Position numbers and translations under genes: made by a program
The notes under the pieces: model-generated
What the model saw: the letters and a program-made list of their open reading frames with translations, nothing else
Databases searched by the model: none
What the model was told of the DNA's origin: nothing
Shown here: one piece after another, positions 46,654-57,424 of the stretch
How positions within the stretch are numbered: position 1 is the stretch's first letter
How the letters are laid out: the number at the start of each line of letters is the position of its first letter
Origin: Bacteroidetes bacterium GWF2_33_38
Lineage (GTDB): Bacteria > Bacteroidota > Bacteroidia > Bacteroidales > GWF2-33-38
Assembly (NCBI GenBank): GCA_001769505.1
Contig: MEOF01000019.1
Coordinates: 68,159-132,158 of the forward strand
DNA: 64,000 nucleotides
Direction of reading: 5' to 3'

Positions 46654-47705
46654 TTTTTAGGCTTGTAAATTTTTGTGATTGAAAATAAAAAAGAAAAAAC
46701 AGAAATAACGAATAATCCTAAAAGAATTATTTGAAATATTTTCCAATCTTGGACATAATTGATGACATAAAAAGATAAGAGACCTGAAAATAATGAAAGT
46801 GAAAACAAGAATATTGCGATGCCTCGTTCACTCATTCCCATGTACGAAAGATGGTGAGTTGTGTGGTCGCGTCCTCCTTGAAAAGGAGACTTCCCTTTTA
46901 AAATTCGATTTAAAGTTACGGTTGTAGTATCGACTATTGGAACTAAAAAGGCTAACAAAACGGTAATGAATTTTCTAAAAACACCTGTTATTTCAGTATC
47001 GCCTGAATTCCAAAAAAAGAGTATTCCAAATAAAGCTAATAAAGCTCCAATAAATTGGCTTCCACTATCTCCCATGTACATTTTAGCTGGGTACCAATTA
47101 AAAATTAAGAAGCTAAGCAGTGATGCTAAAGTCGCTAATAAAACAAATAACAGAAAGACATCGAAATGCCCAATGAATACAATTAAAGAAAGTACGATAA
47201 TCAGTATAGAAATCGTAATTAATGATGAAATTGCATCCATGTTGTCAATCATATTAATTGAATTCATAATTCCAACAATCCAAAAAATAGTAATTGCATA
47301 ATTCAAATATGGATTTGAAAATAAATCGATAATAATTCCAAACTTTATTAATATGAATCCGCTTAAGATTTGCACAAAAAGTTTAAAATATGGAGATGAA
47401 TTAATAATATCATCGGCTAAGCCCATTAAAAAAGACAAGGTAATGATGATGAAAAATGGAATTATAAATTGATTATCGAGCCCCTCGTTTTTAAAAATAA
47501 AAAAGTAGGAGATAACAGATAGCAAAAACATTAGATAAAAAGTAATCCCGCCCGAAACAGGTTTAGATTGAGAACTCCATCTTTCAGCATTAGGATTTGC
47601 CTTTCTAAGTGAATATTTAAATGATTTTTTGTATAAAAAACGATGTAATAATCCGCTTATTACTAAAAATACGATAAAGAATAAAACTAATTCAAGTAGT
47701 GACAT
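46650..47705 (-). CDS. MraY/WecA-family polyprenyl-phosphate sugar-1-phosphate transferase
   Basis: It is polytopic. The motifs are GLADD, NSINMIDNMDA and MGDSGSQF. Confidence 0.8.
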   Translation of the reverse strand: MSLLELVLFFIVFLVISGLLHRFLYKKSFKYSLRKANPNAERWSSQSKPVSGGITFYLMFLLSVISYFFIFKNEGLDNQFIIPFFIIITLSFLMGLADDIINSSPYFKLFVQILSGFILIKFGIIIDLFSNPYLNYAITIFWIVGIMNSINMIDNMDAISSLITISILIIVLSLIVFIGHFDVFLLFVLLATLASLLSFLIFNWYPAKMYMGDSGSQFIGALLALFGILFFWNSGDTEITGVFRKFITVLLAFLVPIVDTTTVTLNRILKGKSPFQGGRDHTTHHLSYMGMSERGIAIFLFSLSLFSGLLSFYVINYVQDWKIFQIILLGLFVISVFSFLFSITKIYKPKK

Positions 47706-50146
47706 TATTTTTTATTTTTCCAAAACAATAATTTTTGTAAAAGAGTTTTTTTCTGAGGAGTATTTTCGTCATAATATCCTCCTCCATAGCCTTTGCCATA
47801 CCCATAGCCATAACCATAACCGTATCCATAGCGATATGAATAACCATATCGACGTGAGCTTACGTCAACATTGTTTAATACAACGCTCAGCTCTGTTATG
47901 CCTTTCTCAAACGCGAGGTGGTTAATATTGTGAATAAAACTTCTCTTAGAAAAGTTTGCTTTTGTAACATAAATAGGATAATCAGCTTGTTGGAAACTAT
48001 TCATCGCGTCGTTAACAATCCCAATAGGAGGCGTATCAATAATAACCACATCGTATCTGCTTTTAAGCTCTTGAAACACATGCTCAGTATATTTTTTCAT
48101 CGATATTTCAGATGGGTTTGGAGGAATGGGACCAGCTGTTATGAAATCTAAGTTTTCTAATTCTGATTTTTTTATACACTCGTCAATTGTATTTTTATTA
48201 ATCAAAATTGTACTCATCCCTTTACTATTATCGGTATTGAAACTTAAATGAATTCTTGGCTTACGTAAGTCCATATCAACGATGATAATTTTTTTTCCAG
48301 AAATAGCCATTATTCCTCCTAAGTTAACAGCAACAAAAGTTTTTCCTTCCCCAGAGACCGTAGATGAAATGGCGATAATTTTTGAGCCTTCGTCTTTTGA
48401 AATAAACTGTAGATTTGAGCGGATAGTTCTAAATGATTCTGAAAAAACTGAGTTCGGTTTATGATGAACAAGTAGTTGAGAAACAGGAATATTTATCTTA
48501 TACATAGGAATTGAACCTAGTACGGGACAATCTGTATAGCTTTTTAAATCATGTATCCCAGTTATTTCATTGTATGTTAAATATTTAATCGCAATAAGCA
48601 TGAATGATATCAACAGAAATGATACAATAGCTAGAATGAAAATAAATTTTTTGTTAGGGCTAATAGGAGATTGAGGAACGATTGCTTTTTCTAATATTAC
48701 ATTTTGAGACACATAGCCCGCCTTTGAGATTAAATACTGTGCTTTTTTCTCGATTAACTGATTGTAAAAACCTTCATTAATGGTATAGATTCGATTAAGT
48801 TTAGCTAGTTCCATTTCGTTATAACTAGCTTTGTTAAATGCTTGTCCTTCGAATTCGTTCAATTTTTTCTTATAATCATCTTTTTTATTAGATAAACGGC
48901 TAATTGCAGAGGTAATAAATTCGGTTAAAATCATTTTCTGGTTTTCGATTTGTTTATCTACGACTTTTATTTGATGATTATTGTTTGTTACATCATTAAG
49001 GAGAACTTCTTTTTGAGTAATTAACGATTGCAAGGTATTTAAAATTCCTTCTATAACATTTCCTGATTTTGTTCCTGATAATAAAGCAATTAATTCAAAT
49101 ATATTAAGATTTGCTTTAGAATTTATTTGTTCTTGAATCCTTTTTAATGTAATTAACTCAAAGTCGAGGTTTAAAATTTCTGTTTCGATTTCTTCAATTT
49201 TTGAAGCATATAAATTAAGTGATAGAGTATTAAGTTCTGATTCAGAAATGTTTATATTATTTTCTTTTTTGAAGTCGTGTAGTGCTTTTTCTGTTTCATC
49301 AATATTTTTTACAAAAGTTGATTCTTGCTCTTCTATAAAACTAAGTATCTGATTTGCACTTTCTTTTTTCTTTTCTACATCGTAAGTTAGAAATTCTTCA
49401 GCAATAACATTTGCAATTTCGGCTGTTTTGAGAGGATTATTGTCGCTAAACGCAATTTCGATGGTTTGTGCTAACTGGTTTTGAACTGCGACTTCAAGTC
49501 TGCTGAAGTGGTCTAAATAAACATTATTGGGATTTTTAATGATAAAATAAAACGAATTTTGTTTTAAATCGGATAGCTGAGCTTGAATTTGTGATGTGTC
49601 GTCAATTTTTAATTTAATCTCAGCTAGACCAATATTACTCCAAACATTCGAATAAATTGCAAATTCATGATTCTCTTCACCAATTTTATATAACGCTTTA
49701 GTCTCTTTTGAACTAATGAAATCGATGTAAATAGGAATTTCGTAAATTCTTGAATCTAAAATATTTGCTTCAACTGTAAAGGGAGACATGCGATATAATT
49801 CATTGGTAAGAAAAGTTCCCTCTGAATAATAGGCAATACTAAGTGGTAATTTTTCAAATGCTCTTTTTAAAAATTCTTTTGAACGAATAAGCTCAACCAC
49901 ATGAGCTAGATTTGTGTTTTCATAAACGCTTTCTAAATTAAGAAGTTTGTCTGCTTGATTTTGATCATTTATTTGTATTACTGATGATGCTCTGTATAAT
50001 GGGGGAGTGTACCGCAAATAAGCGTACATAACAGCAACGATTAAAAATAGAAAAATACCAATTAATAAAATACTTTTTCTAAATACAAATAGAAATAAGC
50101 CTAAATCAAATTTCTCATTAATCAGTGGTATTTTTTTTTCTTCCAT
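47705..50146 (-). CDS. Polysaccharide co-polymerase / BY-kinase (Wzc/GumC type)
   Basis: A Wzz-like N-terminus with 2 TM segments and a coiled coil is followed by the Walker A motif SSTVSGEGKT. The C-terminal Tyr cluster is RRYGYSYRYGYGYGYGYGYGKGYGGGYY. Confidence 0.85.
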   Translation of the reverse strand: MEEKKIPLINEKFDLGLFLFVFRKSILLIGIFLFLIVAVMYAYLRYTPPLYRASSVIQINDQNQADKLLNLESVYENTNLAHVVELIRSKEFLKRAFEKLPLSIAYYSEGTFLTNELYRMSPFTVEANILDSRIYEIPIYIDFISSKETKALYKIGEENHEFAIYSNVWSNIGLAEIKLKIDDTSQIQAQLSDLKQNSFYFIIKNPNNVYLDHFSRLEVAVQNQLAQTIEIAFSDNNPLKTAEIANVIAEEFLTYDVEKKKESANQILSFIEEQESTFVKNIDETEKALHDFKKENNINISESELNTLSLNLYASKIEEIETEILNLDFELITLKRIQEQINSKANLNIFELIALLSGTKSGNVIEGILNTLQSLITQKEVLLNDVTNNNHQIKVVDKQIENQKMILTEFITSAISRLSNKKDDYKKKLNEFEGQAFNKASYNEMELAKLNRIYTINEGFYNQLIEKKAQYLISKAGYVSQNVILEKAIVPQSPISPNKKFIFILAIVSFLLISFMLIAIKYLTYNEITGIHDLKSYTDCPVLGSIPMYKINIPVSQLLVHHKPNSVFSESFRTIRSNLQFISKDEGSKIIAISSTVSGEGKTFVAVNLGGIMAISGKKIIIVDMDLRKPRIHLSFNTDNSKGMSTILINKNTIDECIKKSELENLDFITAGPIPPNPSEISMKKYTEHVFQELKSRYDVVIIDTPPIGIVNDAMNSFQQADYPIYVTKANFSKRSFIHNINHLAFEKGITELSVVLNNVDVSSRRYGYSYRYGYGYGYGYGYGKGYGGGYYDENTPQKKTLLQKLLFWKNKK

Positions 50147-50881
50147 CTATTTTGCAAAAATTGAATAAACCAAAATTATTGTAGTAAGCAGGCTTATATA
50201 TGGATTAACATCAGCAAGGATTCTAGAAGCATATCGAGGTTTAGCGTCAATATAAATTATATCGTTTGCTTGCAGAAAAAAATTAGCCTCTTTCATGTCT
50301 CTAATCGAAGAAATATTAAAAACATAAATTTCGGGGTTATTTAAATCTCCTCTAATCAATTTTATTTTATAAGCCTTACTAGCATCTGATAGCCCTCCTG
50401 TTTTTGCAATAGCTTCAACAAGAGTGAAGTTCTCCTCTTCAATATTGAGGACGTTTGCACTTTCACTTCCAGATGAAAAAATAACTACTCTTCTATTTGT
50501 AACCTTAATCAGTACAAACGGGTTTTGATAAAAATCTTTATACTTACTTTCTAAAAAAGCCTCCGCTTCACGTATTGTGTATCCTGCAATATCAATTCGT
50601 CCAAGTGTTGGAACTTTTACTTTGCCGTCAAACTCTACAAGGTATTCCAACCCTCCTTGTTGAATATTTGCTCCCTGACCTTCTATGTTTATCAGTTTAA
50701 AACCATCATTTGTCGTAATTCGAACTTCAAGCTTGTCGAATGGACGAATTTTGTACTCTTTTTCAGATGGTTTGAATTCGCTGTATGAAAATTTCTTGTC
50801 TGTTTCAAACATTTTATTCGGATGAATTACTCTGCACGAATAAAGCGTTAACACCAAAAATATGAAAAATACATACCTCAT
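50147..50881 (-). CDS. Polysaccharide export protein (Wza-like)
   Basis: It has a lipoprotein-like signal (LYSC), a Poly_export motif (YKIRPFDKLEVRI) and a SLBB-like segment. Confidence 0.75.
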   Translation of the reverse strand: MRYVFFIFLVLTLYSCRVIHPNKMFETDKKFSYSEFKPSEKEYKIRPFDKLEVRITTNDGFKLINIEGQGANIQQGGLEYLVEFDGKVKVPTLGRIDIAGYTIREAEAFLESKYKDFYQNPFVLIKVTNRRVVIFSSGSESANVLNIEEENFTLVEAIAKTGGLSDASKAYKIKLIRGDLNNPEIYVFNISSIRDMKEANFFLQANDIIYIDAKPRYASRILADVNPYISLLTTIILVYSIFAK

Positions 50882-50934
50882 TTCAAAAAATATTAATCAC
50901 CAAAGGTATAAAAATTTCTTATTGTCAGAATAGT

Positions 50935-52113
50935 TTAGCGTGATAAAAGTCGATTGTATAAGTTTTTCATATCTTCAGCAAGCCTTGAGTAATGAAATTT
51001 ATCTTTTACGAAATCCCATCCTCGGTTAGACATTTCCAAACGAAATGCATCGTCATTGACTAATCTTAGTAACTTTTCTGAAAAATCTTGAACATCTCCA
51101 TTATCAGCCAACAGAGCTGTTTTTCCAGGTTGAACAATATTTTCGATTCCGCCGGTATTTGTTGTTACTATTGGTTTGTTTGACGCTTGTGCTTCTATTA
51201 AACTGACAGGAGTTCCTTCGTTTAGAGATGTTAAAGCAACTATATCAAGTCCAGCATAAACTTCGTCAACCTCTTTAATCCAAGAAGTAAAAGTTAAGGA
51301 TGCGATTTTACCATTTGTTGAAAAATCTAGCCCTAAATCAGACGCTTTTTGTTCAATAAATGCTCTAGATTCACCATCTCCAACAATGAATGCACGAATT
51401 TTTTTATCTGTTTTTTCTTTAACATTTTTGATTGCCTCTAAAAAAAGTTGATGATTTTTGATTGGAACTAGCCTTCCAATAATTCCAACAGCAATTTCAT
51501 TATCTTCGATTTTATATTTTTTTCTGAAGGCTACTCTTTTGATTTGAACATCAATTTGAAACCGGTCTAAATCAAATCCCAATGGGATTACTTCAATTTT
51601 TTCGGCAGGTGCAATATGATAAATTTCGGATAACTCATATTTCTGAATATCACTGATGGCAATAATTTTTGTACTCCGCCTAGCTAGACCTTGTTCTATA
51701 CTTTTAAATGCTTTTGATTTATAAGAAGCAAAATAAGAATGAAAAACATGTCCGTGAAATGTGTGCAAAATAACAGGAACTCCTGAATTATAAGCCGCCA
51801 ATCGACCAAGCGTGCCTGCCTTTGAAGCGTGAGTATGAACAATGTCTGGCTTGAACCGTTTAATAATGTGTTTTAATTTTTGATATGCAATGATGTCATT
51901 TCTAGGATTTATTTCCCTTCGCATTTCAGGAATAATGATTGGTCTGATACCCAAATTCTCAACAATAAACTCGGAGCTATCTTCGGTTTCGTCTTTCATT
52001 CCTCCAATTAACAAGGTTTTGTAATCGGGGGCAAGATACTTTGTAAGGTAAGCAGCGTTGTATGTAGGACCTCCTAAATTAAATCTGTTTATAATTCTGA
52101 GTACTCTTGGCAT
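50935..52113 (-). CDS. GT4-family glycosyltransferase
   Basis: NRFNLGGP occurs at the N-terminus. The C-terminal EGTPVSLIEAQASNKPIVTTNTGG is the E-x7-E motif. Confidence 0.8.
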   Translation of the reverse strand: MPRVLRIINRFNLGGPTYNAAYLTKYLAPDYKTLLIGGMKDETEDSSEFIVENLGIRPIIIPEMRREINPRNDIIAYQKLKHIIKRFKPDIVHTHASKAGTLGRLAAYNSGVPVILHTFHGHVFHSYFASYKSKAFKSIEQGLARRSTKIIAISDIQKYELSEIYHIAPAEKIEVIPLGFDLDRFQIDVQIKRVAFRKKYKIEDNEIAVGIIGRLVPIKNHQLFLEAIKNVKEKTDKKIRAFIVGDGESRAFIEQKASDLGLDFSTNGKIASLTFTSWIKEVDEVYAGLDIVALTSLNEGTPVSLIEAQASNKPIVTTNTGGIENIVQPGKTALLADNGDVQDFSEKLLRLVNDDAFRLEMSNRGWDFVKDKFHYSRLAEDMKNLYNRLLSR

Positions 52114-52191
52114 TTTGTTTTTTGTAACCTAAATTTTACCCTTGTACTGCTTTAAAAAGAAAATGTTTTTAAAACATTACCGAATCTATTT

Positions 52192-54081
52192 TTATGTTGA
52201 TAAATGTATGTTTTTTTTCCACCAATATTGAAAAACTATTAGAGCCCATATTTGTGCATGAACTTCGTGCGGATTGTTTGAATCCAATTGTTTTTTTATT
52301 TCAGTAATTTTTTTGTAATCAAAAATACCTTGATATTCAATAAATTCGGGATTTAAAAGTTGTGATATTGTCTCACGTAGTTCAGCTTTAAACCACTTTA
52401 ATAAAGGAACTTCAAAACCATGTTTCGGTCTGTTATAAAGCTCTTTTGGTAGAACTTCGCGATAAGAATCTTGCAAAATACGTTTTCTCATCCTTGCATT
52501 AATCTTAAAATTGTCGGGTAGATTAAAAACAAAGTCTACAACAGTGTAATCTAAAAATGGAACACGAACTTCTAGTCCATTTGCCATTGACATCATATCT
52601 ACCTTGAACAACATGTCGGAAGGAAGTACCAGTCCAAAATCAGAGAGCATTATTTCGGAAATGCTATTGCCTATTACATGTTGAGTGAAAATTTCTTTTC
52701 TTACTTTGTGTTCGTGGACACTTGGAATGTTTTTAAAATATTTTTCCGCGTTACTTTCATCAACCAATGAGCACCAACGCCAATAACGGTCTTTGTCGTT
52801 TAAATTTAAGCCAATTGAGAAACGATGTGCTTGTCTAATTTTATTCAGTATTTTATTATTTCGGGATTTTGGAAAAAAATTCGTTATTGTACTTGAATTT
52901 TTCAACAAGGAATTCAGCATGCTATTATTTAGTGCTTTCAAGTGAGCCGAGTGCTTGTTGTATCCCGAAAAAAGTTCGTCGGCACCATCGCCCGATAATG
53001 CGACGGTTACATGTTTTTTCGTTTCTTGGCTCAAAATATATACAGCCAGAGCAGATGAGTCGGCAAAAGGTTCGTCGATATAATCGATAAATTGTTGAAA
53101 ATGTTGAAATAAATCGTCGTTTGATAGTTTGAAAACAGTATGGTTTGTATTAAATTTTTTGGCAACCAAATTTGCATAGTTTGTTTCGTCAAAAAATGCT
53201 TCGTCTTTGTATCCAATCGAAAAGGTGTTTAATTTATCAATGTGTTTGCTAGCAATCGAAACTATAACAGACGAGTCGATTCCTCCACTTAGAAAAGCAC
53301 CGAGTGGAACGTCGGAAACCAATCGCCTTTTGACGGCATCTTCAACTAAAATTTTTAAATTTTCTTTCGCACTTTCATACGAAAATGAGGATTTTTTTAT
53401 GTTGTCGAAGGGAATTTGATAATATTGTTTTTTTTCAATCTTCTCTTTCGAAATTAGCATGTAACAAGCTTGCGTTAGTTTATTTACGTTTTCGAAAATT
53501 GAAAAGGTAGAAGGGATATAATTTAGTTGAATATATTGATAAAGCGAAGTGCTGTCGATTTTTTTAGGAATGTCAAAAGCCATGATAGCCTTCATTTCGG
53601 AAGCAAAAATAATTTTATCTTTATCGTTATAAATCAGCATTGGTTTAATCCCAAATCTGTCGCGTGCAAGAAATAATTTTTCGCTCTGATTATCGTAAAT
53701 CGCAATTGCAAAACAACCATTTACTTCTCGAATAAATTCAGGTCCGTACTGAATATACATATAGAGTAAAACTTCGGTATCGCTATTCGATTTAAACACA
53801 ATTCCTCTTTTTTCAAGGTTTTTGCGATGTTCCACGTAATTGTAAAACTCACCATTGAAAACAATGGTGTATCTTTTCGAAATATCTGTAAAGGGTTGAG
53901 ATGCTGCATCGCTCGTGTCGATTACCGATAAGCGAGTATGTCCCATCGAGCATGAGTCGAAATGAACAATTCCCGAAGCGTCGGGACCTCGTTGTTTTAA
54001 CGAATCAACCGAACTGCAGATTCCTGAATGAAACAGCTTTCCGTCTTCGTTAAAAGAAAATATTCCGGTTATTCCACACAT
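52192..54081 (-). CDS. asnB: Asparagine synthase (glutamine-hydrolysing) family amidotransferase
   Basis: MCGITGIF is the Ntn Cys2 start, and SGGIDSS is the PP-loop. The length is 629 aa. It sits in a polysaccharide locus, so it is likely a sugar-amidating paralog. Confidence 0.8.
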   Translation of the reverse strand: MCGITGIFSFNEDGKLFHSGICSSVDSLKQRGPDASGIVHFDSCSMGHTRLSVIDTSDAASQPFTDISKRYTIVFNGEFYNYVEHRKNLEKRGIVFKSNSDTEVLLYMYIQYGPEFIREVNGCFAIAIYDNQSEKLFLARDRFGIKPMLIYNDKDKIIFASEMKAIMAFDIPKKIDSTSLYQYIQLNYIPSTFSIFENVNKLTQACYMLISKEKIEKKQYYQIPFDNIKKSSFSYESAKENLKILVEDAVKRRLVSDVPLGAFLSGGIDSSVIVSIASKHIDKLNTFSIGYKDEAFFDETNYANLVAKKFNTNHTVFKLSNDDLFQHFQQFIDYIDEPFADSSALAVYILSQETKKHVTVALSGDGADELFSGYNKHSAHLKALNNSMLNSLLKNSSTITNFFPKSRNNKILNKIRQAHRFSIGLNLNDKDRYWRWCSLVDESNAEKYFKNIPSVHEHKVRKEIFTQHVIGNSISEIMLSDFGLVLPSDMLFKVDMMSMANGLEVRVPFLDYTVVDFVFNLPDNFKINARMRKRILQDSYREVLPKELYNRPKHGFEVPLLKWFKAELRETISQLLNPEFIEYQGIFDYKKITEIKKQLDSNNPHEVHAQIWALIVFQYWWKKNIHLST

Positions 54082-54082
54082 T

Positions 54083-55183
54083 TTAAAATCTCGACATAAA
54101 TTCTACAAATTCATTATGTGGAACCGAAACACAAATACGTGCGTATTTTTCAGCTGTTGCTTTATATTTTCGAGTAAAAAAACTTAGCGAAACACTTGCT
54201 ATTTTCTTTTCTAAGAGCTCTTGTTCCGATTTATTTACAATCACAAAAATGCCCTTTGGCTCGGTTTCGTGGTAAAATTCTGTTGCAAGCAATTTTTTTG
54301 ATTTTAGGTATTCGATATTTTTACGAATGCCATCGCAGGTTTCCGTTTTAAAATCGGTTACAGCTTTTTTTCCTGCAACTGAAGTTAATAGTTTCTGAAT
54401 CAAAATTTGTGAAAAAGCATTAATTCCATTTGTTGCATACATTAAGCGAATGCCTAATTCATGATTAAAATCTTGATTTACCGAATGAACAAATCCGATT
54501 CGTTGACCGCTTAAACCTACTGATTTGCTAAAACTATCGACAATTATTAATTCGGGAAATGTCAATAATTTTGCATAAAAATTGTCGGTTTCAAAAAATA
54601 TTCTGCGGTAGGGACTATCGTAAATAATTACTACACCATTGTCGTTAAGCAATTTTATTAACGATAATAACTTTTCATCAGAATATTTACCCCCAATGGG
54701 ATTATTTGGGTCGCAAATAACAACAGCCGAGTTTTTAAGATTCTCAATATTTGTTGTTAATTCAGAAAACGAATCGTAAAAATCCTCTTTTATGTTTCTG
54801 ATTTTCATTACATTCATGTATGAACCCCAAAAATATGAAGGCAAGTAAATTTTTTCGACATTTAAGGTTTGAAAAATCAAATCCAAACCCGACATTCCTC
54901 CGGCTGTAATATATATGTTTGAATCGTTGGCAATATTTTCGAAATATGTTGCGTTAATGGCTTCTCGCAATTCTTGTAAGCCTTGCGACGAAGGATAAAC
55001 TTGCATTTTAGTGGAATTAAAATCTATTTCTTTAACCACTTGCGATAAATCAATATTACAAACTGAATTTACTCCGCGATTCAATAATAAATATTTTTCG
55101 CCAGTTTCAGCACTAAGTTTTTTTATTCTTTCGCCTATTCCAACAATTGCCGAATATTTTGCTCCGCTTTGGTTTACTTGCAT
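54083..55183 (-). CDS. Class I/II PLP-dependent aminotransferase
   Basis: SFSKSVGLSGQRIG carries the PLP lysine. The length is 366 aa. Confidence 0.7.
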   Translation of the reverse strand: MQVNQSGAKYSAIVGIGERIKKLSAETGEKYLLLNRGVNSVCNIDLSQVVKEIDFNSTKMQVYPSSQGLQELREAINATYFENIANDSNIYITAGGMSGLDLIFQTLNVEKIYLPSYFWGSYMNVMKIRNIKEDFYDSFSELTTNIENLKNSAVVICDPNNPIGGKYSDEKLLSLIKLLNDNGVVIIYDSPYRRIFFETDNFYAKLLTFPELIIVDSFSKSVGLSGQRIGFVHSVNQDFNHELGIRLMYATNGINAFSQILIQKLLTSVAGKKAVTDFKTETCDGIRKNIEYLKSKKLLATEFYHETEPKGIFVIVNKSEQELLEKKIASVSLSFFTRKYKATAEKYARICVSVPHNEFVEFMSRF

Positions 55184-55308
55184 AAAAGGATATATTTTTT
55201 ACAAAGCTAACAAAATGTTAGAAATGTTAAACGATAGGGGATTAAAATTCAATTCGATAGCTTAGTTAATTAATTTGGGACGAGTTTCAACAAAGAAAAG
55301 AGAGAAAA

Positions 55309-55707
55309 TTATATTTGTGCTCGAAAAAACTCAGCAATCTTTTTGTCTTCATTCACAGTATGATTTTTAAACCAGTTTACTGCAAAATCCAAGAAGTGGG
55401 AAAGTGATATTTGATTTAATTCTAGATTGTTTTTCTCAATATTCAAAAGTTCAATTAGCTTGTAGTGCAATTGTTTATGTAATTGAAATTCAGGGTAGTT
55501 GATTTCCTCCATGAAATTTTCTTCGCTTAAGAAATGATACTGAGCATATTTTACTAATTCATTAATTGTCCGCATTACTTTTTTTACATCCGAATTTTCT
55601 TTTTCAACTTTTTGAATCGTAGTTATGATTTCAAGAAAATTTTTATGTTGATTATCGATTTTACCAATTCCAGTTTCATATGTTGATGACCATTCTAAAT
55701 TATTCAT
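55309..55707 (-). CDS. Hemerythrin-like metal-binding protein
   Basis: LEWSSTYETGIGKIDNQHKNFLEII and the later H..LH/H..ED motifs are present. The length is 132 aa. Confidence 0.8.
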   Translation of the reverse strand: MNNLEWSSTYETGIGKIDNQHKNFLEIITTIQKVEKENSDVKKVMRTINELVKYAQYHFLSEENFMEEINYPEFQLHKQLHYKLIELLNIEKNNLELNQISLSHFLDFAVNWFKNHTVNEDKKIAEFFRAQI

Positions 55708-55868
55708 ATCTTCAGATTTAGCATTTTATGAAGTTTGTAGTACGAATTTAGCAAAAATATTTGAATTCCACGTTTAATGTAGATTTGGAATTCGGGTTTG
55801 GTGCAATATGGAATTAAAAAATGCATAAAAAAAGTCCAATAACATAAACACAATTCATTGTACGTTGA

Positions 55869-55876
55869 TATATTTG
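55869..55876 (+). promoter_or_regulatory. Bacteroidota -7 promoter box TATATTTG
   Basis: It lies 43 nt upstream of the ATG at 55919. Confidence 0.4.
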
Positions 55877-55918
55877 CAATATCTTGTCGTTAAAAATTAT
55901 TTAAAAAGCAATTATAAA

Positions 55919-57424
55919 ATGAAAGAGTCAGAAATTTTATTGAGTCCGAATCCATTGGTTCGCCATTTGAATAAGCCAACATGGGAATTTACACGAACCG
56001 ACATCATAAAAATTGTTGAAGATTTTGATATCGAAATGCTAAATTTTAGATACGTAGCTGAAGACGGAAAACTGAAAAGTTTGAATTTTGTAATTACAAG
56101 CAAAAATCATCTTGAAACAATTTTTGCAACCGGAGAAAGAGTTGATGGTTCGAGTTTATTTTCGTACGTTGAAGCTAATACTAGCGATTTGTACGTAATT
56201 CCTCGATTCAAAACAGCATTTTTGAATCCATTTACCGAAGTTCCTACACTCGATATTCTTTGTTCGTTTTATAACAGCGACGGATTACCGCTCGAAAGTG
56301 CACCTGAATATATTTTAAGAAAAGCAAATCGTGAATTTCAAAAAGCTACAGGAATGAAATTCAAAGCTTTAGGTGAATTAGAATACTATATAATTGGCGA
56401 AAAAGATGATTTGTTTCCGGCAGTTGACCAAAAAGGTTATCACGCAAGTTTACCTTATGCAAAATTCGAAGATTTGCGAACCGAAGCAATGCGATTGATT
56501 GCTCAATGTGGTGGAATTATAAAATACGGTCATTCAGAGGTCGGGAATTTCTGTAAAGGAGAAGAATATTTTGAGCAAAACGAAATAGAATTTTTGCCGG
56601 TTGATGTGGAAGACACAGCCGACCAAATGGTAATTGCAAAATGGGTTCTCAGAATGTTGGGTTATAAATACGGAGTAAACATAAGTTTTGCTCCCAAAAT
56701 TACTGTGGGAAAAGCAGGAAGCGGACTTCACATACATATGCTAGCTGAAAAAGATGGAGTAAATCAAATGGCTGATGATAATGGATTAACCGATACGGCA
56801 AAAAAAATTATTGCTGGTTTGTTAGATTTAGCAGCACCGCTAACCGCTTTTGGAAATACAATTCCAACTTCATACTTGCGTTTGGTGCCTCATCAAGAAG
56901 CCCCAACTAATATTTGCTGGGGAGACAGAAATCGTTCGGTACTGGTTCGAGTTCCGCTTGGCTGGATTGCAAAAACGAGCATGATTAAAAATGCAAATCC
57001 TCAAGAAAAAGATCCTGTTCCATATATTCCTGGTAAACAAACTGTTGAGTTGAGATCTCCCGATGGTTCGGCAAATGTTTATAGCCTATTAGCAGGAATT
57101 GTTATTGCTGCCCAACATGGTTTGGAAATGCCAAATAGCCTTGAAATAGCAAAGAAACTTTATGTTGATGTGAATATTTTTAAAGACGAAAATAAAGGAC
57201 GAGTTGAAAAATTAGCTAAACTGCCTGCTTCGTGTTGGGAGTCAGCCGATTGCTTACAAGCAAATCGTGCATATTTTGAAAAGAAAGGAATTTTTCCTGC
57301 AGGAACCATTGATTTAATTATCAGTCAATTGAAAAATCACGATGATAAAAATTTGAGCGAAAAACTTTACGGAAAAGATGAACAAATTCGTGAATTGGTC
57401 GATAAATTTATGCATTGCATGTAA
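55919..57424 (+). CDS. glnA: Glutamine synthetase family protein
   Basis: The motifs are KAGSGLHIHM (GSGxHxH), NRSVLVRVP, a beta-grasp N-domain, and ELRSPD at the C-terminus. The ATG is at 55919. Confidence 0.75.
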   Translation: MKESEILLSPNPLVRHLNKPTWEFTRTDIIKIVEDFDIEMLNFRYVAEDGKLKSLNFVITSKNHLETIFATGERVDGSSLFSYVEANTSDLYVIPRFKTAFLNPFTEVPTLDILCSFYNSDGLPLESAPEYILRKANREFQKATGMKFKALGELEYYIIGEKDDLFPAVDQKGYHASLPYAKFEDLRTEAMRLIAQCGGIIKYGHSEVGNFCKGEEYFEQNEIEFLPVDVEDTADQMVIAKWVLRMLGYKYGVNISFAPKITVGKAGSGLHIHMLAEKDGVNQMADDNGLTDTAKKIIAGLLDLAAPLTAFGNTIPTSYLRLVPHQEAPTNICWGDRNRSVLVRVPLGWIAKTSMIKNANPQEKDPVPYIPGKQTVELRSPDGSANVYSLLAGIVIAAQHGLEMPNSLEIAKKLYVDVNIFKDENKGRVEKLAKLPASCWESADCLQANRAYFEKKGIFPAGTIDLIISQLKNHDDKNLSEKLYGKDEQIRELVDKFMHCM

